Origin: an uncultured Lentisphaerales bacterium
GTDB lineage: Bacteria > Verrucomicrobiota > Lentisphaeria > JABSQK01 > UBA12247
Assembly (NCBI GenBank): GCA_943788985.1
Contig: CALSSJ010000037.1
Coordinates: 1 to 40,376 of the forward strand
DNA length: 40,376 nt
Direction of reading: 5' to 3'
A program made the translations under genes and the position numbers. Shown here piece after piece: positions 29,230 to 38,314 of the stretch (positions within the stretch are counted from its first letter, which is position 1; the number at the start of each line of letters is the position of its first letter). A model generated the notes under the pieces. That model had not been told where the DNA came from. It made no database searches and saw only the letters and a program-made list of their open reading frames with translations.

Positions 29230-32200
29230 ATGAAACCGATGTCGTTGACAGCAACAGCGTTCGGTCCGTTCGTCGGGACAGTAGAGGTAGATTTTTCCGA
29301 ACTTGGCAAGGACGGACTTTTTCTGATCACCGGTAAGACCGGTGCTGGTAAGACGACGCTGCTTGATGCCGTATGCTTTGCGCTGTACGGGGAGAGTTCG
29401 GGCGGTATGCGAGACCGGTTCCGTTGTGATTTTCTCGTCGACGCGATTGAACCGAGAACCGCTGTGGAGTTTGTCTTCGAGGCAATAGACGAGCGCTGGC
29501 GTATCACACGTACCCCATCCTACATGCGCCCCCGTCAGCGAGGGGAGGGCGTTGCCGAGGAGAAACAGCAGGTAGAACTGCAGAAATGGATCGATGGCGA
29601 ATGGCGGTCCGAATCGGCCAAATGGAGTGACGCCAATAGCAGAGTGAAAGACATTCTGGGCTTCACCGCAGCTGAGTTTCGGCAGGTGATCATGCTGCCA
29701 CAGGGCAAGTTTCGCGAATTTCTTGAGGCGTCGTCCGAAGACCGCAGCAAGATTCTGGCAAAAATTTTCGTTCAGTCGGGTCGGGCGGACAAGCTGGCAG
29801 ACAGGTTGAGGGCACAGGCGACAGCTGCCAGGCAGGACGTCGAGCGCCATGAGACTACCGCTACGGTTTTACTGGGCGGCGAGGACATTGAGTGGCGAGG
29901 CGACCTGGATGCTGCATCTGATGACCTTAAGCGACTGATCGAGCGGCGTGAGGAGGAACTCAAGGCAGCAACGACCGCCAAAGATATAGCCGACAAGGCC
30001 CGCCAGACGGCGCGAAGGACATTGGACAAGGCAGAGGCCGATCTCAAGGCGCTCGCCGCTGCCAACGCCGCAGCCGATGCGGTCGGCAAACTGGAGGCCG
30101 CTCGTGAAACCATGGCCGAGCGCAAGAAGGCCTTGGCCCAGGCTCAGAAACTAGCTGCCGGTCGGCCGGTACTTGTTGCGGCAGAGAAGGCGGCTGAGGA
30201 GCTGAAGCGACTGGCTGGTGAAGCGAAAACGGGAGCCGTGGCTGTCAAGGGTGCCGGCAAGACGGTGGCGGCCGCGCAGCAAGCTGTTGCCGAGTCAGAG
30301 CAACAGCTAAAGGACCTGCAAAAAGCGCAGCAGGACGCTGCGCCGCAGATTGATCAGGCCTCGCGTCTTGGATCAACAGCTTGCAACGCTGCGCAGTCGC
30401 CATGATGAGGCGGGGAAACAGGTCGCTGCCCACGGCCTGAAAGTAGGCAAGGCCGAGGCGGCCACAGCAAAGGCTGTTCGCGAACTCGGGAAGTTGCAGA
30501 AGCAGCAGGAGGCAGATGCCGCAGCTATGGCGAAACTCGCTGCGGTCGCGGCGCTGGTTCCAGATCGCGCTGTCTGGCGAGAGCGCGTGGCCCGGGCAAA
30601 GGCGCAGTCGTCGGAGTACGGAAGCGCGCAGGCAGAGCTTGGCAAGCTGCAGAAGGCAGAGCGCGTGGCGCAAGAATGCGTCAAGGTGCGCCAAGAGGCG
30701 CTGACGGTGACTGCCACACAGATTGTCGAAGCCACGACCAGTCATGGATCAGCCGTCAAGGCGCTTGAACTGGCCAGCGACGTGAATTGGGACGAACGAA
30801 GGAAGGCCGCTCAGACTCGCAAGGACCAGTTGGTTCATGGGCAGCAGCTGCTGGCCGAATCTCTGCGTGAGGACGGGGAGAGGCGACGCGCCGAAAAGGA
30901 GGTCGCAAATCTCCGCACGAGGCTGGAGAAGTCCAATGCCGATCTCGACGCGGCCAAGGTTGGACTTCCTGCCGCCATGGTGGCAGTCAAAAAGGCCGAG
31001 AGCGAATTCGCCCGTATCCGCCACGCGTGCGACGACGAAGCCGAACGATTGCGTGCGGCGCTGGAAGACGGACATCCCTGTCCTGTCTGCGGCTCCCAAG
31101 CGCACCCTTTCGCCCACAAGGGCAGTCCTGAGCTGCGCGCTCTGTTTAAGTCCTGCCAGTCGGCGTTGAAGGCGGCTGAAAAAGAAGAGGCGACTCTAGA
31201 AATAGCCCAAGCCCGTGCTGCCAACACGGCGGCCGAATTGACGGACTTATTGGCGACGGCCGATGCGACCTGTATCGAGCGTCGGAGTAAAGCCGAGTCG
31301 GCGCAGGCTACCTGGCAGGCGGATCCAGCCTACGGTAAGATTGAAGACGAGGCGGGCTTTGCTGCGGCTTTGGAAACGGTGGGCAAGGAGATTGCTGACT
31401 GCGACACTGCCGCCGAGCAGATTCGTCAATTGCGTGAGACCGCGGAGGGCGCTGCCCGGGCATTGGCCACAGCACAGAGCGCACACACAAAGGCTGGTAC
31501 ACAGGCCACCGAAGTGACCGCAGAGTTAAAGGTGGCTGGCGGGCGTGTCGAAAAATGCGCAGGCGGTCGTTGACAGGGCCGCGGACTGTCGTGGCTAAAC
31601 ACGGCGATGAGTTGGGGCCGTTGCTCATGGCTGCTGCCGTTACTTGGGATGTGTGGTTGAACACCGACAAGGCCAAGGCAGTCGTTGAGAAATTCCTGGC
31701 TGCGATGGACCGGCTATACGCTCTCCAGCAGGCTGAGCAGCAGCGACAAGGCGACCTGCGTGAATCCGAGGCGCGTGCGAAGGAGTACCAGAAGCAGTTG
31801 GCGGAACTGCAAGCGGACGCCACTGCACTGGCGAAGGTCTTGAAGGACTGTGCGGCGGATTTGCACGCGACGGGCGAAACGCGGGGCGCTTTGTTGAACG
31901 GCGAGTCGACCGATAATTTCGTCAAGGCGCAGGCCAAACAGTTGGAGGCGGGGCAGGACCGCATTCGGTAAAGCTAAGGATGGTTTTGCGGCTCGGAATA
32001 CCGAGCTGAAGGAAGTGGAAACCCGCTTGCAGTCTGTTAAGGAGCAGAGCAAAAAGGCAAGTCAGACGGCCGAAGCCGCACAGAAGGCGCTGACTGAGGT
32101 ACTGGCACAGTTTGGCCTGCAAGATGGCGCTGCCTTTCGTGCGGCACTCTGGGACGAGGAGAAACAGCAGAGCGAAGCAAATGAGCTCAATCAGTGGGAG

Positions 32201-32975
32201 AAGGATCTGCATGCGGCCAAGGCGCTCGCTGAAGATAAAAAGAAGGCTGCGGCACAGATTAAAACACCGGATGTCGATGCCTTGACCGCGGCGCTGGGGG
32301 AGGCCACGGAGAGCTTCAAGCCTGTTGAAGCGGCCTGGACAGCCGCCAATACGGCCGCCAGCAACGTACACAAGTTGTCAAAGGAGTTTGCGACCTGGCG
32401 TGAGGAAAACGGGCCGCTTGTTGCCCGCAAGCAGATGCTCGACACGCTCGACAAGTTGACGCGGGGTGTACTGCCTGGCAGTGTCGCTGCCAAGCTATCT
32501 TTTCGCAACTGGATGCTGCGGCAGTTTCTCCATGAAGTGCTGGAAACGGCGAATGCACGGCTGCGTCAAATGACCGGTTGGCGTTATTCGTTCCAACTAG
32601 CGCCGCTGGCTGACGGCGGCCTCGATATCGATGTATTCGACGAGCATACCGGTCAGCCGCGAGGGGTGGACAGCCTTTCCGGCGGCGAGGGGTTTATGGC
32701 CTCTATGGCGTTGGCGCTTGGACTCGCCGACTTGGTAACCCAGAATTTTGGCCAACGCCAGCTCGACACCATTTTCATCGACGAGGGGCTTCGGCAGTCT
32801 GGACCCGGAAACGCTGGAGACGGCCATGGGCGTACTCGAAGATCTTCGCGAAGGCGGGCGCACTGTGGGCATGATCACCCACGTCAGCGACCTGCAGCAG
32901 CGTCCGTTGCCACGCCTCGAAGTTAGTGCTGCACAGGATGGGCAGGGCAGTGTGATCGAGATGCAAATGCCGTGA
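29230..32975 (+). CDS. sbcC: Exonuclease SbcCD subunit C (Rad50-like SMC ATPase), ~1250 aa, split by four frameshifts (~30360, ~31565, ~31965, ~32787)
   Basis: GKTGAGKTTLLDA, IMLPQGKF, long coiled coil, zinc hook CPVCGS, LSGGEGF, IFIDEG|FGSLD and MITHV. Confidence 0.93.
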
Positions 32976-33028
32976 TCTGCGGGGTGCTACTGTACAAAGG
33001 CGCTGACTTAAGCGGTCATTGTAAAGCC

Positions 33029-33220
33029 GGGCTGAAAGCCCAGTATCACCCACAGCCTGGGGCATCGCCCCAGGTTTCGTTCCTCCCGGAGTTGTACGCT
33101 GAAGGCGTACCTCAACCGACTGGGAGACAAGGAGTTGAAGTGCCCGTTCAGGGCACGAACTCCGTTGACCTGTCTCCCCAGGCTGCTGGCCTGGGCTACA
33201 ATGAGGCTGCCCCGCTGGGG
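33029..33220. repeat. Multi-hairpin palindromic (REP-like) element
   Basis: Stems GGGCT-GAA-AGCCC (33029-41), CCTGGGG-CATCG-CCCCAGG (33056-74), GTACGC-TGAAG-GCGTAC (33094-110), nested GGGAGACA/GGAGTT/GTGCCC...GGGCAC/AACTCC/TGTCTCCC (33122-78), and CCCAGGC-TGCTG-GCCTGGG (33177-95). Confidence 0.7.
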
Positions 33221-33274
33221 CGACTTCTGGCACTAAATCAACAGCCGCCTGAGCCGAGCTGGCGAGACCGCCGA

Positions 33275-35614
33275 CCGCCGAAAGTAGCCAACTACAAGCA
33301 ACGCGCAGGTCGGGCAGGTCGTCGTGCTGGGATGCCGGCATATGTACTGTCATTCGTGGGTGAGCGTCCGCACGATGTCTACTACTGGGAGCATCCGACT
33401 GAGCTGATCTTTGGCGAAATGTCGTTGCCACAACTCTATTTGGATAATGAGATGATTCGCGCCCGCCACCTGCGTGCGGAGGCATTGAGCGCCTTTCTGA
33501 GGCAGATCCCGGATCCCGTGGAGCGGACCTACCGTCGACACGATCAAATTCCAAGGACAATCCAACGAGATTGGCAGCGCCTGAGCGACTTCGTCTTCGG
33601 CGGGGATGCAGTGAAGCCGCGGGGGCAACCGAACCGGATCTGGAACAGTCGGTATCCATCGATAGTCAACGAGCTGAGTGATTGGTGTAACGCGAACGCG
33701 GATGCGGTTGAGCAGCGTTTGAGGGAAATTGCGGACGTGCCCGATGATATCTATGATGTGGCCGCCGATCTTGCCTTTCAGCTAGCGCATGCAGCAGTGG
33801 CGGCTCCTTTCGATCGAGTCGCTGCCCAAGTGGATCAGTTTCGAACGCTTGGTGGCCCGAACGGTTGTACGGTCGACGGCGATGACAATTTGGTCGTCGC
33901 CCTGTCACTGGAGGCTCAGCTGAATGGGCGATTCGACCAAGCCGGCAACAACAATGCGAGAGAGGATAACACACAAAATCTGGCTGGCTATCAGGCACAC
34001 CTTCTCACTCGCTCCACTATTCAATGGCTGTCGCGCCTAAGAGTGCTGCCCAAATATGGGTTTCCTGTAGATGTGATCAACCTGCTGCCGCACCAGAACG
34101 ACATTCACAAGAGAAATGTGGATCTCGACCGCGATCTACGCATTGGGTTGTTCAGCTATGCACCGGGACAGAATGTCTTCGCAGACAAACGCATCTATCC
34201 GTCGACGAGCGTTAAGGTGTTCCGAGCTGGCGGCATTGGCGCTGCATTGCGCTCAGCTGCGCTCAGCTGCGCTCTGCCAGAACTGCCAGAACTGTGAAAC
34301 CGTGGTCGAAGGAACTGCGGACCCCAATTGGCAACCACCGCCGCAGTGCCCCAATTGCCGCACAGCGCTTGGTCCAAACATCCGTATCGTCCAGCCAGAT
34401 GCTTTCCAGGCCCGGATGTCTACTCGCCGATCACAAGTCCCGCAAACCCCTGGACGCGCGCAGTATAATTACGTTGGTTCCACGCGATTCGGCACATTGC
34501 ATCAAGCAGAGAAGTTGGCGCTGACAACCGCAGAGTCAGATACTGGTTGCATTACGTACATCAACTGTGGGCATCGCAAGAAAGGCTTTACACAGAACGT
34601 GACCGTGGACGGGCAGCAGGAAGAGGCGACCTTTTACTTGCTGCATCCGATGCATACGGACATTGCGCTTTGGATCCCGCAGCAGAGGCTTTGGAATCAA
34701 GGCGGCGTGCTCGAGCAACTCGGTAACCAGGACTTGCCAGGCGGTGGCTCGCGCTTGTATCCGGCCATGCAGTCAGCTCTGTACGCAGTTGTGCGCGCTG
34801 CAGAGCGCGTGCTCGGCACGGCACCAGGCGAGATTGGGGGCGTCCTGCGTTTGATGGGCGGCGCCAATGGCGATCAACTCGCATTCGTGCTCTTCGACGA
34901 CGTTTCAGGCGGTGCGGGGCACGTTCTGCCACTGACGGTCCGCAAAGACGAAGACACCGAACGTAGCACGTGCATACGGGAGGTACTGGGGACCGCTCGA
35001 GATATCGTCAAGGATTGCGACTGTCGACAAGGCATTGAGTCGGGGCCGAACACCATCCCTATCCCGCCGATGGACCTGCTGTGTTTACAGCAGAACAACC
35101 GGGAAAACTACCGCGAACGGGTAAGCTGCCCCAAGTGTCTGAGGGCATTCGCCAATCAACACCACCACCACATGCTCGACCGGCACGATGCACGACTTGT
35201 CCTCGAGGCTATCCTCAATGCGCCCCAGGGGGGCGCGGCACAGGCTCCTCAAGCGCCGTGGCAGCCGCCCCTCTTGCTCCTCCGTTGCGAGTGCAGGCAC
35301 CTGCGGCAGTTTTCAGCCGGGCTATCCCGGCTGACGAGAGATTTGAGTTGCAGGAGCGTCCCCGTGGGATGCCTGACCGGTTCAGGGCACAGTTCGAGTT
35401 TGAGCGGGTCGCTGAGGAGGAAGTGATCACGCTCGGTCCCTTATTCCTGGTGCGGCTAAGGACCGATGCGGCAGAGGAGTTTGTGGTGGGGCGAATCTCT
35501 CCCATGAACCAGCAAGGACAAGAGAAGCTTAGGTTGGGCGGGCGTCCCGCCGAAGACCTAGCCTCTCGAGATGTGCCACGTGAGGATGTCATCGCACGGG
35601 TAATCAAACAGTAA
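33275..35614 (+). pseudogene. 5'-truncated SF2 (DEAD/DEAH) helicase with C-terminal DUF1998 Zn-binding domain; frameshifts at ~34260 and ~35250
   Basis: Homology starts at PPKVANYKQRAGRAGRR (motif VI), then HDVYY, VLPKYGFPVDV, DRDLRIGLFSYAPG, CxxC..CxxC, LFDDVSGGAGH and CDC..SCPKCLR..NQ..H.MLDR. Motifs I-V are absent. Confidence 0.85.
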
Positions 35615-36047
35615 AAAAGGGGGCAATCGGCATGCCTAAGATGATTCCAGAGCTAGAGCCTGCGAAAATCTCAAATGAGGGTGAGAGGGTTTTATACGAG
35701 GCACTGTGCGAGCAGTTGCCTGACGACTGGGTTGTGCGCTATCATTACTCTATATGCGTGCGGCAGGGCGAGCATTTTCGCGAGTGCGAGGTAGACTTCA
35801 TCGTCCTAGCACCTGGAAAGGGGCTGATGGTGCTGGAGTGTAAGGGGAACATCGGCTGGGAGTGTCAGAGCGGGCAGTGGTATCAGCTCACCAAGACTCT
35901 GCAACGAAAATCCACCGAAAACCCGTTCTGGCGATTTACATTGAAAAGGGGACCACACCGGATTGGTGATTTGCGTCGAAAAGGGACCCACTTTTCAAAG
36001 TTGGGGTAACGGTTGGTTTTCGCAAAACCAGACGGTGCCTCGAAGGA

Positions 36048-37562
36048 ATGTTAAAATTGACCGACTATGAACGTATCCGCTCTGCCTACTTTCGGGAAAG
36101 CAAGAGCCAACGACAGATCTGCCGCGAGTTCGGCCATTCGCGCAAAACGGTGCGCAAGGCGATCCGGAATTCCACGCCTGAGCCATACAGGCGAACAAAG
36201 GAGGTACGCCCCGTGCTTACCGCGGAATTCCAGGACAAAATCAATGCCATAATCAAGGCCGATGAGAACGTCCACAGGAAACAACGCCACACCGCCATGC
36301 GACTGTACGAACGGCTATGCGATGAGCATGGCTTTACAGGCAGTTATGCCACCGTCAACCGCTACGCCGGTCCACAACTGGCCAAGCGCGAAGTGTTCAT
36401 GGATCTGGTGTTCGAAACCGCGGAAGAACTGCAAATCGACTGGGGCCAGGCCACGGTTATGCTCGATGGCGTCAAGACCATTATCCACCTGTTCTGCGCA
36501 CGTTGCTGCTCATCGAAAGCTTCGTTCGTGCGTGCTTATCAGCGCGAAGATCAGCTCTCGTTTCTGGATGGACACGACCACGCAATGGCGTTCTTTGGCG
36601 GGCTGCACGGTCGCTACTGCTATGACAACCTTGCTACCGCTGTGATCAGTCGCCCGAAGAAAAAGACCAAATGCGACGAAGGCACCAATCGGGTGCTGAC
36701 AGAGCCGTTTCGCAAGATGCGCAGCCACTATCTAATGTTTGGAATGCGCTTCTGCTCGCCCGGCCGCGGCAACGAGAAGGGGCATGTCGAGAACCTCGTG
36801 AAATACGCCCAGCGGTCACTTCTTTGCCCACTGCCCAACTGCAAGGACATGGCAATACTCAACGAGTGCCTACTGACGCGCTGTGTTGACGATCTCGGGA
36901 AGGCTATGGGCGACACGACCCGCGGTGCATTGCTCGAGCAATGCCGGCGTGTATTTACCCCGCTGCCGCCGCCGTATCACCCCAGCAAAAGCGAGTCAAC
37001 GATCGCCAATCGGTTCTCATGCGTACGCTATGAGAATTGCACCTACTCGGTCCCAACTGCCCACGCACACCAGCCGTGTGTGGTTACGTGTTACGCAAGT
37101 GAGGTTGAGATCAGCAGTGGTAATCGCGTCGTGGCCAAGCACGCTCGTGCGCTTCCCGGTGACACACACAAGCTTGATTTCCGGCACTATCTGCCCCACC
37201 TGGAGCGCAAGAAAGGCTGGCTGGCCAACGGGCGAGCGTTCCAGCCAGATAACCTTCCCGTTGCGCTGCGACGCTTCCGTGCCTCGCTGCTGGAACGCTA
37301 CGGCGACGAAGGGCTGGAGCGGTTGGTCAAGGTTCTGATGCTATATCAAGACTACTCGGCAGAGCAGGTGGACTGCGCCATTGCCCGCTGCCTGGAGCGC
37401 GAGCTGATCCACGAGGGAGCTGTTGTGCAGGAACTCAACAATCCGGGCGTCGTGCGCGAGGACGTCTCCTTGGCTTTCGACGCCGATAGCCCGCTGAATG
37501 TCCCTGCCAGTTCGGGGCGCAGTGCCGCCGAGTATGACGTGCTGCTGAAGGAGGCGTCATGA
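36048..37562 (+). CDS. istA: IS21 DDE transposase IstA
   Basis: N-terminal HTH (SQRQICREFGHSRKTVRK), QIDWG, YDNLATAV, EKGHVEN and YSVP. Confidence 0.95.
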   Translation: MLKLTDYERIRSAYFRESKSQRQICREFGHSRKTVRKAIRNSTPEPYRRTKEVRPVLTAEFQDKINAIIKADENVHRKQRHTAMRLYERLCDEHGFTGSYATVNRYAGPQLAKREVFMDLVFETAEELQIDWGQATVMLDGVKTIIHLFCARCCSSKASFVRAYQREDQLSFLDGHDHAMAFFGGLHGRYCYDNLATAVISRPKKKTKCDEGTNRVLTEPFRKMRSHYLMFGMRFCSPGRGNEKGHVENLVKYAQRSLLCPLPNCKDMAILNECLLTRCVDDLGKAMGDTTRGALLEQCRRVFTPLPPPYHPSKSESTIANRFSCVRYENCTYSVPTAHAHQPCVVTCYASEVEISSGNRVVAKHARALPGDTHKLDFRHYLPHLERKKGWLANGRAFQPDNLPVALRRFRASLLERYGDEGLERLVKVLMLYQDYSAEQVDCAIARCLERELIHEGAVVQELNNPGVVREDVSLAFDADSPLNVPASSGRSAAEYDVLLKEAS

Positions 37563-38314
37563 GCGAGCACTCACAGCAGGTCCTCCCGGCGATGCTCAAA
37601 GCGTTGCGTCTGCCGGCGTTTGCCAGTGGCTACGAACCCATGGCGAAGGTTGCCGCAGAAGAAAGCTGGGACTACAAACGTTACTTGCAGGCGCTAACCA
37701 GCGAAGAACTCGGAAACCGCGCACGCAAGCGAGAGCAACGCTTGATCAAGCAAGCTCGCTTTCCAATGGCTCGCGAGCTATCGGGGTACGATTTTTCCCG
37801 GGTGCAAGTCAACGAACACCGTGTCATCGAGTTGGGCAGTTGCAGCTACTTGGAAGATGGCACAGCCGTGGTGCTTTACGGGGATCCTGGGCTGGGCAAG
37901 ACCCACCTCGCTGTCAGCTTGGGCCGTGCAGCGTGTCGGGCAGGGCATACCGTGCGATTCTACACCGCGCACGAACTGGTACACACCTACCTGGAAGCTG
38001 CCGAATCCCGGAGGATGCTGAGCTTGGAGCGATCGCTTTCCCGGCAAAAATTGGTAATCCTTGATGAGCTAGGCTATCTACCGTTTGATCGTGCCGGAGC
38101 TGAGTACCTGTTTCAGTTCTTCAGCCTATGCTACAGCAAGAGCATCAGCGTGTTGCTGACCACGAACCTACCCTTCAGCCAATGGCCGGAGATCTTTGCA
38201 GATCAGGAGCGTCTCACCGGGGCGCTGCTGGATCGTCTAAGTCACCGGCTACAGGTCATCGAACTAACCGGCGAGAGTCAGCGGCTACACGCCAAAAGAA
38301 GAGGCATAAAATGA
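37559..38314 (+). CDS. istB: IS21 helper AAA+ ATPase IstB
   Basis: LRLP, ARFP, GDPGLGKTHLA, ILDELGY, TTNLPFSQW and ALLDRLSH; ATGA overlap with istA. Confidence 0.96.
   Translation: MSEHSQQVLPAMLKALRLPAFASGYEPMAKVAAEESWDYKRYLQALTSEELGNRARKREQRLIKQARFPMARELSGYDFSRVQVNEHRVIELGSCSYLEDGTAVVLYGDPGLGKTHLAVSLGRAACRAGHTVRFYTAHELVHTYLEAAESRRMLSLERSLSRQKLVILDELGYLPFDRAGAEYLFQFFSLCYSKSISVLLTTNLPFSQWPEIFADQERLTGALLDRLSHRLQVIELTGESQRLHAKRRGIK

Noticed and set aside
33029..33220. Hairpin series as a CRISPR array or attC cassette sites
   Set aside because: Units are not identical direct repeats with regular spacers, and there are no cas or integrase genes or clear attC core sites.
28045..33659. Long antisense ORFs (28045-28995, 29071-29850, 32775-33659 and similar elsewhere)
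   Set aside because: They are shadows of well-supported genes in GC-rich DNA and have no recognisable motifs.
33275..35614. Calling the DUF1998 protein DrmB (DISARM) or DruE (Druantia)
   Set aside because: It keeps helicase motif VI (unlike DrmB), lacks its N-terminus, and none of the partner genes is visible, so no gene symbol is justified.
35632..36009. 125-aa stand-alone NERD protein from the ORF track
   Set aside because: Its last 26 codons are read-through into the IS21 left end; it is the 5' piece of the interrupted gene.
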